Shown here one piece after another: positions 34,493 through 43,601 of a stretch of 63,801 bases of DNA. The translations under genes and the position numbers were made by a program. Location of the stretch: assembly GCA_021808785.1 (NCBI GenBank), contig JAKBAX010000001.1, forward strand, positions 1 to 63,801. Reading direction: 5' to 3'. Each line of letters opens with the position of its first letter. Positions within the stretch are counted from its first letter, which is position 1. Under the pieces are notes generated by a model. The model was not told the origin of the DNA, ran no database searches, and worked only from the letters and a program-made list of their open reading frames with translations. This stretch comes from Actinomycetes bacterium (lineage in GTDB: Bacteria; Actinomycetota; Acidimicrobiia; Acidimicrobiales; Palsa-688).

Positions 34493-36825
34493 CGGCGGCC
34501 CAGCGGTATGTGGGCTCCCCGGTCAAGCGCGTGGAGGATTTGGCGATCCTCACGGGGTCGGGCCGCTACGTAGACGACGTGTCCGTGCCTGGACTTCTGC
34601 ACGCGGCCTTCGTCCGTAGCCCGTTGGCTCACGGCCGGATCAGAACCATCGACGTGGAGGTTGCCCGCCGGGCGCCGGGTGTGATAGCCGTCTATACAGG
34701 CCTCGACATCGAGCAGATGATCGTACCTGGTCCGATCGGCATGGCGGCCATGCTGGGTGGCGTCGTGGCGCCGTTCACCCTCCTGTGTACGGACAAGGTC
34801 CGCATGGTCGGGGATCCCATCGCGCTCGTCGTCGCAGAGACCCGGTACCTGGCCGAGGACGCCTGTGAGGCGGTCGTCGTCGACTACGAGGACCTGCCGC
34901 CGGTCACGAGCGCCACTGAGGCGATCCGGCCGGACGCCGCGGTGGTGTTCGAGGAGTTGGGCGGAAACGTGCTGCTGGAGCGAGAGGCGATCCAGTACGG
35001 CGACGTGGCGGCGGCCTTCGAGCGCGCCGATCGGGTGATCGGAGCGCATCTGTCTCAACACCGGCACCAGAACGCCCCCATGGAAGGCCGCGGGATCCTC
35101 GCGTCGTTCGATGCCGGGTCCGGGCGGTTGGTCGTTCACGCGGCCACGCAGAGTGTCCATCTGACCCGATCGACGCTCGCCGCCCGCCTCGGTCTTTCAG
35201 AGGAGCGGGTGCGGGTGTTGGCCGGTGATATAGGCGGATCCTTCGGCTTGAAGATCGGGACGAGCCGGGAGGAGGTGGCGGTGGTGGCGGCGGCCAGAGC
35301 GCTCGGCCGGCCCGTCAAGTGGATCGAGGACCGCAACGAGAACCTCGTCGTATCCGGTCAGGCGCGTGAGGAGTCTTTCGACGTCGAGGCGGCCGTGACC
35401 GAGGACGGGCGGGTCCTCGGCCTGCGGGTCCGCATGCTGCTCGACTCCGGCGCCTACTCCGACATGGGTTGGCGGATAGACCAGACGATGCAGGCCGTCA
35501 TGCCGGGGCCCTACCGGATGGAGGCGCTGTCGTTCCAGAGCACGATCGCGATAACCAACAAGGCACCGTATATCGCCTACCGCGGCCCCTGGGCGGCCGA
35601 GACCTTCGTCCGGGAGCGGATGATGGATCTGATCGCACGGGAGCTCGGACTCGATCCCATCGACATCCGCCTGGGCAACGTGGTCACGCCGGGCGAAGCA
35701 CCGTTCGAGATGGTCACCGGGAGGAGCCTTGCCGGTGTCACGGCGCACCGCTCCCTCGAACGAATCGGCGAGATGGTGGATTTCGTCGCGTTCCGCCGGC
35801 GCCAGCAGGCACTTCGGAGCGAAGGCCGACTGTTGGGGATCGGCGTGGCGACCTATCTGGAACCGGCCCCCGGTCCGCGGGGAAGCGGCGGCCCGCTGGG
35901 TGCCGAGCGGGCCCGGGCACGCCTCGAGGCCGACGGCACGATCGTTCTCTTCACCGGTCAGACGCCGCACGGCCAGGGCCACCGGACCACCCTGGCGCAG
36001 ATCGTGGCCGACGAGATGGGGATGGCTTTCGACCGGGTCCGCGTCGAGGTCGGAGACACCGGAACGGTGCCCCCCGGTTTCACGGGGGGCAGCCGGGCGG
36101 CCACGATGGCCGGTGGAGCCGCTCTGGTCGTCACCCGTCAACTGCGCGCCCAACTGCTCGATCTGGCCTCCGAGGTGCTCGAGGCGAGCGTCGATGACCT
36201 CGAGATCGCCGGAGGGGCGGTGCAGGTCAGGGGTGTGCCGGCGAGCGCCATCGACCTGGCTCAGATCGCCCGGAGGGCGGAGGGCGCGCCCAGTTCAGAT
36301 GGGGGGGACCGCCTCGTAGCGGAGGCGACCTACGAGGGGGGCGAGGCGGGTTGGTCCGGCGGCACGCACTGTGCCGAGGTTGAGGTCGATCCCGATACCG
36401 GGAGAGTGTCCATCCGTCGTTACCTCGTCGTGGAGGACTGCGGGGACATCATCAATCCGGCCATCGTCGCCGGTCAGATCAGGGGGGGAGTGGCCCAGGG
36501 TGTAGGTGCGGTTCTCCTCGAGCACTCGTACTACGACGAGTCGGGTCAATTCCTGGCCGGGACGCTGATGGACTACCTCCTCCCCGGCGCGACCGATATC
36601 CCACACATCGAGATAGAGCATGTGGAATCCGTGGCGCTCGATGCCGATGTCAACTTCCGGGGCGTCGGTGAAGGGGGAATGATCGTGGCCCCGGTGACCC
36701 TCTGCAACGCCATCGAGGACGCACTGGCCGAGGGGGGCGTCCGAATCTACGAGCAACACCTGCCGCCCGGCCGGATTGTGGAGATCCTGGGATCGCCCCC
36801 GGTCGAAGGGAACGGAACGGCGTGA
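34474..36825 (+). CDS. Xanthine dehydrogenase/CO dehydrogenase family molybdopterin-binding large subunit
   Basis: 783-aa ORF starting at TTG 34474 or GTG 34486, overlapping the MerB-like stop. Carries RYVGSPVKRVEDLAILTGSGRYVDDV and AYRGPWAAE. No 2Fe-2S or FAD subunit genes are nearby. Confidence 0.9.
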   Translation: MATTVLTAAQRYVGSPVKRVEDLAILTGSGRYVDDVSVPGLLHAAFVRSPLAHGRIRTIDVEVARRAPGVIAVYTGLDIEQMIVPGPIGMAAMLGGVVAPFTLLCTDKVRMVGDPIALVVAETRYLAEDACEAVVVDYEDLPPVTSATEAIRPDAAVVFEELGGNVLLEREAIQYGDVAAAFERADRVIGAHLSQHRHQNAPMEGRGILASFDAGSGRLVVHAATQSVHLTRSTLAARLGLSEERVRVLAGDIGGSFGLKIGTSREEVAVVAAARALGRPVKWIEDRNENLVVSGQAREESFDVEAAVTEDGRVLGLRVRMLLDSGAYSDMGWRIDQTMQAVMPGPYRMEALSFQSTIAITNKAPYIAYRGPWAAETFVRERMMDLIARELGLDPIDIRLGNVVTPGEAPFEMVTGRSLAGVTAHRSLERIGEMVDFVAFRRRQQALRSEGRLLGIGVATYLEPAPGPRGSGGPLGAERARARLEADGTIVLFTGQTPHGQGHRTTLAQIVADEMGMAFDRVRVEVGDTGTVPPGFTGGSRAATMAGGAALVVTRQLRAQLLDLASEVLEASVDDLEIAGGAVQVRGVPASAIDLAQIARRAEGAPSSDGGDRLVAEATYEGGEAGWSGGTHCAEVEVDPDTGRVSIRRYLVVEDCGDIINPAIVAGQIRGGVAQGVGAVLLEHSYYDESGQFLAGTLMDYLLPGATDIPHIEIEHVESVALDADVNFRGVGEGGMIVAPVTLCNAIEDALAEGGVRIYEQHLPPGRIVEILGSPPVEGNGTA

Positions 36826-37481
36826 GCACCGCCGATCCCAACATCGAGGCGTTCATAGAAGCGGCGAAGCAGGTCAGCCACCTGATCGCTTCCGATCAGG
36901 TGGCCGCTGCGTGGCGGCAGCCGAGCGCAGTGGACCTCATGACCGTCGGCGCTCTTGCCGGTCATCTGCTCCTGATCGTGCGCCGCGTGGGCAAACGGGC
37001 CGAAGTCGCGGCGGCGGTTGGGTCCGTCGGATTCGAGCCGGGGAACAGCGCCGGAGCAGGGCTCGGATGGACATGGCTCCGCGTGGAGAATCCGACGGAC
37101 CTGGACCAGCCGACGCACCGTCAGGTCCGCCACGAGGCCGACATCGTGGCCCGGTGGGGTTGGGCGGCGGTGCGCGACTCCTACTCCGAACGAGTGAAGC
37201 AGGTCGAGGCCCTGCTTCACCGGTCAAGCCTGCGCTCGACGGAAGTGGCCGGGACGTCGCTGACTTTCTCGGCCTACCTGGCCACCCGGGTGGTCGAACT
37301 TCTGGTGCACGCCGACGATCTGGCGTGCAGTGTCGGGCTGGAGTCACCCGCTCCGGCGGCCGGAATGGACGTGGCCATCCAGACCATGGTCGACGCCGCC
37401 CGGTCCATCCATGGGGACCTGCCGGTCCTGCGCCACCTGACCCGTCGCGAGCGGGCTGCTGCGAGCATAAGCGTGTTCTGA
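36822..37481 (+). CDS. DinB / mycothiol-dependent maleylpyruvate isomerase (MDMPI_N) family protein
   Basis: 219-aa ORF with GTG at 36822, overlapping the upstream TGA (GTGA). TVGALAGHLL and ATRVVELLVHADDL are typical of the TIGR03083-type family (from memory). Confidence 0.7.
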   Translation: MSTADPNIEAFIEAAKQVSHLIASDQVAAAWRQPSAVDLMTVGALAGHLLLIVRRVGKRAEVAAAVGSVGFEPGNSAGAGLGWTWLRVENPTDLDQPTHRQVRHEADIVARWGWAAVRDSYSERVKQVEALLHRSSLRSTEVAGTSLTFSAYLATRVVELLVHADDLACSVGLESPAPAAGMDVAIQTMVDAARSIHGDLPVLRHLTRRERAAASISVF

Positions 37482-37543
37482 ATGTCCGACCCGTCCCGGA
37501 CCCGATCTCTCCCACAAACCATCCCTCGACAAGGAGGAGCACG

Positions 37544-38743
37544 ATGCAGGACTTCCCCAGGATCATCTCAGTCGACGATCACGTCCTGGAGCCCCCGGAC
37601 CTCTGGCAGGCCCGCCTGCCAGAGGCCTACCGATCCACAGGTCCTCGCGTCGAGAGGAAGCGTATGCGCTTCACCGGCGGCGGAGGAGGGTGGGCCGATG
37701 ATCCCGCCGGAACCTGGTGCGACGTGTGGCGGTACGAGGATGTGAGCTCACCTCTGATGATGCTCCAGGCGGCGGCCGGCTTCGAGGCGCTGACGATGGA
37801 GCTGACCAACTATGACGAGGTACGACCCGGCTCCTGGAAGCAATTGGACCGGCTGGCGGACATGGACCTGGACCACATCGAGGCGGCGGTGTGCTTCCCC
37901 AACGTGCTTCCCCGCTTCTGCGGGCAGACGTTCCTGGAGGGTCAGGACAAGCAGCTCGGCCTCCTGTCGGTGCAGGCCTACAACGACTGGATGATCGATG
38001 AGTGGACGGCCGGTGCGGCCCGCGGACGATTGATCCCGCTGACCATCGTGCCTCTTTGGGACGCCCACCTGGCGGCTGACGAGGTCCGGCGCTGTGCCGC
38101 CAAGGGCAGTCACGCAGTGTCGTTCACCGAGTGCCCGGTTCCTCTCGGGCTCCCTTCCCTATATGACAAGGACCGCTTCTGGGATCCGTTCTTCGCCGCC
38201 TGCGACGAGACCGAGAGCATCATCTGCATGCACATCGGGTCGTCCTCCCGGATGCCTACAACCGCCCCCGATGCTCCAATGATCGTCGGATGCGTGCTGG
38301 ACTGGCAGAACGCGGTCGGTTCACTCACCGACTACATGATCTCTGGAACGATGGAGCGCTTTCCCGGGCTCAAGCTGGCCTACTCCGAAGGGCAGGTCGG
38401 TTGGATGCCCTACACCCTCGAGCGCATGGACAAGATCTGGGCGGAGTTCCGCGGCCCCGAGTTCGGTAACCACCTGTCAAACCCGCCTTCGACCTACGCC
38501 CGGGGCAGGGTGTTCGGCTGCATATTCGACGACGACACCGGGCTGCGCAACCGAGATGCCATCGGCATGGACCAGATCTGTTTCGAGACCGACTATCCCC
38601 ACTCGCAGTCGACGTGGCCCAACAGCCGCGAGCAGATGGAGCGTCTCTGCGCCAAGGCCGGGCTGTCCGATGCCGAGGTCTACAAGCTGGCCCGAGGCAA
38701 TGCCATCTCGGCCTTCGGCCTGTCGCGTTTCGGGATCTCGTAG
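37544..38743 (+). CDS. Amidohydrolase_2 family protein, subgroup A
   Basis: 399 codons from ATG at 37544, with an AAGGAGGAG RBS. Carries IISVDDHVLEPPDLW and ETDYPHSQSTWPNS. Confidence 0.9.
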   Translation: MQDFPRIISVDDHVLEPPDLWQARLPEAYRSTGPRVERKRMRFTGGGGGWADDPAGTWCDVWRYEDVSSPLMMLQAAAGFEALTMELTNYDEVRPGSWKQLDRLADMDLDHIEAAVCFPNVLPRFCGQTFLEGQDKQLGLLSVQAYNDWMIDEWTAGAARGRLIPLTIVPLWDAHLAADEVRRCAAKGSHAVSFTECPVPLGLPSLYDKDRFWDPFFAACDETESIICMHIGSSSRMPTTAPDAPMIVGCVLDWQNAVGSLTDYMISGTMERFPGLKLAYSEGQVGWMPYTLERMDKIWAEFRGPEFGNHLSNPPSTYARGRVFGCIFDDDTGLRNRDAIGMDQICFETDYPHSQSTWPNSREQMERLCAKAGLSDAEVYKLARGNAISAFGLSRFGIS

Positions 38744-38751
38744 GCCGGGAC

Positions 38752-40434
38752 GTGCTCGACACCATCATCAGAGGTGGGGTGGTGGTCGACGGCACGGGTG
38801 CGCCCGGCTTCGCCGCCGACGTGGGAGTGCGGCATGGGAGGGTCGTCTCCGTGGGCCGGACCACGGAGACGGCCGCCCAGGTCATTGATGCCGACGGCCT
38901 GGTGGTGGCGCCCGGCTTCATCGACATCCACACCCACTACGACGCCCAGATCCTATGGGACCGGAATCTGGCGCCCTCCCCCCAGCACGGCGTAACCACT
39001 GTCCTCGGCGGCAATTGCGGGATATCGCTGGCGCCCAGTCACGAGGGTGACGTGCGCTGGTTACTCGGTCTCATCGCACGCGTCGAGGAGGTCCCCACCT
39101 CGGCTCTGGAGGCGGTGGTCTCCCCACGCGACACGTCGTTCAAGGACTACCTGGACGGCATCGACCGGGGCCTCGGCGTGAACGCCGCGTTCATGGTCGG
39201 GCATTCGTCGATCCGGCGGGCCGTCATGGGCGAGGCCGCTTCGGGGGCCGAGGCCGACGCCGGACAGATCGAAGCCATGTGCTCCCTCCTTCGGCAGGCG
39301 CTGAACCAGGGCGCAGGCGGGTTCTCAACCGCTCTGATCGCCAACCACATCGACGGCGAGGGTCGACCGGCGCCCCCGCAGTTCGCCGCCTTCGACGAGA
39401 TGCACCGGCTGGCCGGGGTGTGCCGGGGCCACACCGGCGCAGTGATCCAGATGACCCCCGACTACGTCCCGGCGACGCCGGAGTACTGCGCCCTGATGTA
39501 CGACATGGCCCGGATCTCGGGCCGGCCGTTCACGTACACGGCGGTAGCCCGGGCGGAGCACTTCGAGGTGGTCGAGCAGGGCCTGGCCCGCGGTGCCGTT
39601 CTGACTCCGCAGGCCCAGTTCCAGGACGGTATCGGGGACAGGCTGCAGCTGACTGACAGTTTGACCATGCGCCACTGGCCGAGCCCGTGGCCCGAGATCG
39701 TGGCCTTGCCGGTGGCCGAGAGGCTTCGAGCTCTGTCCGATGGCCAGACCCGCCGGGTACTGCGCGACGCGGCTATGAGGGCGCCGATGCGAAAGATCAA
39801 CAGCCAGGTATTCGCCGATCGCTGGCTGGACCTGGAGGTGAACGACGTTACCGAGGTTTCCATGAAGGACCTCATCGGCCGGAAGGTGATCGACATCGCG
39901 GCAGCCAGGGGTGTGGACCCCTTCGACGCCTGGATCGATATATCGGTCGCCGACCGATGCCGGGCCGGGTTCCTGAGCTTCGAGCCGGGGCCCCGCTTCG
40001 ATCCCGGTCATTCTGCCTTGGTCGACCCGCGCACGCTGTGGGGCCTGTTCGACTCGGGTGCCCACCTCACGTCCATGGTGGGTGCGTCCAACCCCACCCG
40101 GATCCTCGACCTGCTGGTTCGAAGCGGGAACCTGGTCCCGCTGGAACACGCCGTCCACCGACTGACCGGCCAGCCGGCGGCGTGGTGGGGGCTGGTGGAC
40201 CGGGGTCGGATCGCCGAAGGTTGCTGGGCGGATATCGTGACGTTCGAGCCCGACCGTATCGGTTGCTCCCGAATGAGGCGGATGGATGACTGGCCCGGGG
40301 GCGCCGCCCACCTGACGTGCGACGGCATCGGTGTTCACCACACCATCGTCAACGGCGGCCTCGTGGTCGCCGAGGGCGAGTACACCGGGGCCCTCCCCGG
40401 CTCGATCCTCCGACCAGGCGACGACATCCGCTGA
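38752..40434 (+). CDS. D-aminoacylase-like amidohydrolase
   Basis: 560 codons from GTG at 38752. Carries VLDTIIRGGVVVDGTG and PGFIDIHTHYDAQILWD. Confidence 0.9.
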   Translation: MLDTIIRGGVVVDGTGAPGFAADVGVRHGRVVSVGRTTETAAQVIDADGLVVAPGFIDIHTHYDAQILWDRNLAPSPQHGVTTVLGGNCGISLAPSHEGDVRWLLGLIARVEEVPTSALEAVVSPRDTSFKDYLDGIDRGLGVNAAFMVGHSSIRRAVMGEAASGAEADAGQIEAMCSLLRQALNQGAGGFSTALIANHIDGEGRPAPPQFAAFDEMHRLAGVCRGHTGAVIQMTPDYVPATPEYCALMYDMARISGRPFTYTAVARAEHFEVVEQGLARGAVLTPQAQFQDGIGDRLQLTDSLTMRHWPSPWPEIVALPVAERLRALSDGQTRRVLRDAAMRAPMRKINSQVFADRWLDLEVNDVTEVSMKDLIGRKVIDIAAARGVDPFDAWIDISVADRCRAGFLSFEPGPRFDPGHSALVDPRTLWGLFDSGAHLTSMVGASNPTRILDLLVRSGNLVPLEHAVHRLTGQPAAWWGLVDRGRIAEGCWADIVTFEPDRIGCSRMRRMDDWPGGAAHLTCDGIGVHHTIVNGGLVVAEGEYTGALPGSILRPGDDIR

Positions 40435-40510
40435 CCGACCACGACATCCACCGAAGCGCAGCCTCACCATGTGCCAACCGAACCCGACCTGTAGAGAGGT
40501 GCCGTAGACC

Positions 40511-41902
40511 ATGTATGTCGACTTCCGCCCACTCGACCCGGTAGCCGGTATCCGGGCCCGACTCGACCATCCCGTGATCGACGGCGACGGCCACCTCCTC
40601 GAGTACGTCCCGCTTCTGTTGGACTACGTGACCGAATGCGCGGGACGCGACGTGGCCCACCGTGTGCGGAAGCTGACGCTCGAGCGCAGCCCCAACCGAC
40701 CGGTGGCCACCGCCTGGGGGACGCCGACGAAGAACACCACGGATCGGGCTACCGCGATATTCCCGGAGCTGCTGCGCGACCGGCTCGACCAGTTCGGTAT
40801 CGACTACAGCCTCCTGTATCCCGGACTGCCCTTGGTCATGATGGCGGTTCAGGACGAGGAGATCCGGCGCGCTGTGGTGCGCGCCTCCAACATGTACTAC
40901 GCCGATGTCTACGGCGCCCACAGGGACCGGATGGAGGCTGTTGCTGCAATACCGACGTTCACGCCGGAAGAGGCGATCGAAGAGCTCGAGTACGTGGTGC
41001 TGGAACGGGGGATGAAGGCGGTCGTGCTCGAGGGGATAATCGCTGAGCGCCAGCCGACCGGTGAGGTGCGGATAAGAGGCCTGGGTCACGGGTCACCATA
41101 TGACTACGATCCACTGTGGCAGCGGTGCCGCGAGCTTCGCGTCGTGCCCACCTTCCACACGCCCGGGCGCGGTCTCGGCAGCCGGACATCACCCACCAAC
41201 TACGTGTTCAATCATCTCGGGCACTTCGCCTGGGCCCAGGAGGCGGCCTGTCGCTCGCTCATCTTTGCCGGGGTGCCCATGCGGTTCCCCGACCTCCCGT
41301 TCGCGTTCCTGGAAGGTGGCGTCAGCTGGGGCTGCCAGATGTTCGCCGACATGCTGAGCCACTTCGAGAAACGCAATCGTGAGGCCATGGCCAACTACGA
41401 TCCCCGCGCCATCGACGTCGCCCTGATGGAGCAACTCTTCGACCGCTACGCCTCTCCAGGGATGAGACCCTTCCGCGCCGACCTCGACGCCACGCTTCGA
41501 CCTCTTGCCCAGGCCGCCGAGCCTCAGAGTCTCGACGACGTCGACGACTTCAAGGAATCCCTCATCCAGTCGGCGGACGACATCGTCGCCATGTTCACCC
41601 GGCAGTTCTACTTCGGGTGCGAAGGCGATGATCCGCTTACCGCGCTGGCCTTCAGGTCCGAGTTCCTGCCCGGTCGGCATCGGTTGAACCCGATATTCGC
41701 GTCCGACATCGGGCATTGGGACGTACCCGACATGCGCCAGGTTCTGATCGAGGCTTGGGAGCTGGTCGAACATGGGACCATCGACGAGGAGGAGTTCAAG
41801 GATTTCACTTGTGCGAACGTGGCTCGTATGCACCTCGCGGTGAACCCCGACTTCTTCGTTTCGACAGCCGTGGAGGGACAGATCAAGCAGGTGCTCGCTT
41901 GA
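40511..41902 (+). CDS. Amidohydrolase family protein (divergent amidohydrolase_2)
   Basis: 463-aa ORF with ATG at 40511. Carries VIDGDGHLLEYVP and FASDIGHWDVPD. Confidence 0.75.
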   Translation: MYVDFRPLDPVAGIRARLDHPVIDGDGHLLEYVPLLLDYVTECAGRDVAHRVRKLTLERSPNRPVATAWGTPTKNTTDRATAIFPELLRDRLDQFGIDYSLLYPGLPLVMMAVQDEEIRRAVVRASNMYYADVYGAHRDRMEAVAAIPTFTPEEAIEELEYVVLERGMKAVVLEGIIAERQPTGEVRIRGLGHGSPYDYDPLWQRCRELRVVPTFHTPGRGLGSRTSPTNYVFNHLGHFAWAQEAACRSLIFAGVPMRFPDLPFAFLEGGVSWGCQMFADMLSHFEKRNREAMANYDPRAIDVALMEQLFDRYASPGMRPFRADLDATLRPLAQAAEPQSLDDVDDFKESLIQSADDIVAMFTRQFYFGCEGDDPLTALAFRSEFLPGRHRLNPIFASDIGHWDVPDMRQVLIEAWELVEHGTIDEEEFKDFTCANVARMHLAVNPDFFVSTAVEGQIKQVLA

Positions 41903-41908
41903 CGGTGG

Positions 41909-43591
41909 TCAGTCGGGACCGGCGGCGGCGCCGGGGACGAGTGGCTCTATGCCCAGACTGACCAACCATGCGGCGAACCTGGTCGGGTCCACCGGTACGG
42001 CGCCCGGCTCCCCGGCGTAGAACTCGACCAGCGTGGCCCCATCGGACCCGGCGACGATCGGTCCGAAGGTGGCTCCCCGGGGGAGCCCGACCACGCTTCC
42101 GGCCGGGCAGTCCACTGTGCCGAAGCGGGCGGAACCGCGTAGGACGAAGACGAAGTGGTTGCTCTTGTGGCCGTGCTCCTCGATGACCATTCCCGGGTCG
42201 TACTCGGTGTATATGCAGGTGCCGACGGGGTCGGGCTGCCAGATCTTGTTGCGGACCGCGACCCGGCGCCCGTCGTGGCTCTGGGCCTTGGTCTCGACCC
42301 AAGGTATGTCCTCGAGGAGGACGAACTGTGACGTCGGTCGAGCCGCACCGTTCCCCGGCGCGGGCCGTATTGAGGAGGTGTCCTCACCGGGCCGCCCGAG
42401 TCTCCTGGAAGGGACGGCCAGACTGCTCCAGTCCGGCCGGGAACGGCGCAGCAGGGCCTCGGTGTAGAAGTATGTGCCGTAAGGCATGACCTCCTCTTGT
42501 GGGAACCGGTAGGCGGCCGGCCATTCCGCTTCGGAGGACGGCGGATGCCGGGTGACCGGGTGCCCGAAGAGGGTGGGCCCGTGGGGACGGCCGGCGCTCC
42601 CGTGGAGGAGGGCCCCACCCGGCCCGAGGTAATTGCTGGTCAGCTCGTCGACTATCCGGTCGGCGGCACGGGTGTACCGATCCTCGGAGAGCAGTCGGCC
42701 CAAACGTAGGAGCACCGTGGCGGCGATGGCGGCGGCGCAAGAGTCCCGGGGGCGGATGCTCCCCGACGGATCGTCGAAATCGTAGTGCGGTACCGGATCG
42801 CCGCCCGTCCGCCCGGTCCAGTAATCGGCCATCCGGCGGGCCGTCTCCAGGTGGTGGGCCCGCCCGGTGGCGTCGTACCCGTCGAGATAGGCGAGCATCC
42901 CCCAGGCCTGGCCCCTGGCCCACGTGGAGCCGGCCTGGTAGCCCTGATAGGTCGTCAGCCGGACGAGATGTCCGTGAGTGTCGACCTCGGCTATCTGATG
43001 GCAGGACCCGTCAGCTCGGACGAAGCCCATCTCCAGCAACTGGTCCAGGTGGGCGCCGAAGGCCGTCACGAGCTCGGGGTTGGCGCTTCCGGCCCACGCC
43101 AGGAACGAAGCAAAGGCGGCGCCTTCCATGGCGATGAGGCGGACGTCGGGCAGCTCGAAGACGAAGGCCCCCTGGGGGCGGTCGAACCCCGAACGGACGA
43201 AGGCACGGCCGGTCGCCTCCACCAGTTCACCCCATTCCTGCTCACCGTCACTGTCGTATCCGAGTCCGAGGCCGAAGCGCAGGTCGAGGCCTCCGTGGAG
43301 ACGGTTGGTCTCCCCTCCGGCGAGGACGGCGCGGCGAGCCGCAGCAAGCGATTCCGTGATGCGCTCGGCCCAATGCCTCACTTGGTCGTCCCCCGTGGCC
43401 AGATACAGGAGCCACATCCGACCGGCGAAGAGTCCGGCGTCGTCGGAGTGGCGGCCCACAGTGGTCGTGGAATGGCGTCCGGTCCACCGGTTGGCCGGGC
43501 CCAGATGGTTGTCAGGGTCGGAAAGGGTGTGGCGGAGCTCGACGAGGGCGGAGTCGGCGAGGTACCGGAGGATGTCCGAGTCGGAGAGCAC
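41909..43591 (-). CDS. Glycoside hydrolase family 88-like (alpha/alpha)6 domain fused to a C-terminal cupin domain
   Basis: 560-aa ORF with GTG at 43591, 10 nt downstream of the BVMO stop. The GH88/105-like motifs are GLFAGRMWLLYLATGD, WARGQAWGMLAY and RDSCAAAIAATVLLRL. The C-terminal 150 aa carry the cupin motif GMVIEEHGHKSNHFVFVLRGSARFG. Confidence 0.75.
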   Translation of the reverse strand: MLSDSDILRYLADSALVELRHTLSDPDNHLGPANRWTGRHSTTTVGRHSDDAGLFAGRMWLLYLATGDDQVRHWAERITESLAAARRAVLAGGETNRLHGGLDLRFGLGLGYDSDGEQEWGELVEATGRAFVRSGFDRPQGAFVFELPDVRLIAMEGAAFASFLAWAGSANPELVTAFGAHLDQLLEMGFVRADGSCHQIAEVDTHGHLVRLTTYQGYQAGSTWARGQAWGMLAYLDGYDATGRAHHLETARRMADYWTGRTGGDPVPHYDFDDPSGSIRPRDSCAAAIAATVLLRLGRLLSEDRYTRAADRIVDELTSNYLGPGGALLHGSAGRPHGPTLFGHPVTRHPPSSEAEWPAAYRFPQEEVMPYGTYFYTEALLRRSRPDWSSLAVPSRRLGRPGEDTSSIRPAPGNGAARPTSQFVLLEDIPWVETKAQSHDGRRVAVRNKIWQPDPVGTCIYTEYDPGMVIEEHGHKSNHFVFVLRGSARFGTVDCPAGSVVGLPRGATFGPIVAGSDGATLVEFYAGEPGAVPVDPTRFAAWLVSLGIEPLVPGAAAGPD

Positions 43592-43601
43592 ACCGCGTCC
43601 T

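Noticed and set aside
33821-37481. A mercury-resistance (mer) operon.
   Set aside because: Only a MerB-like core is present. There are no merA, merR, merT/P/C or merD-like genes, and the neighbours are a Mo-hydroxylase and a DinB/MDMPI protein.
36776-37543. N-terminal extensions of track ORFs: 36776..37543, 9256..10041, 11043..11201, 26658..26927, 38614..38751, 45252..45338, 47919..48056 and 62112..62201.
   Set aside because: These extensions overlap the preceding gene in another frame, lack family similarity, and are followed by internal start codons with good RBS that give N-termini matching the paralogs. The shorter starts were used.
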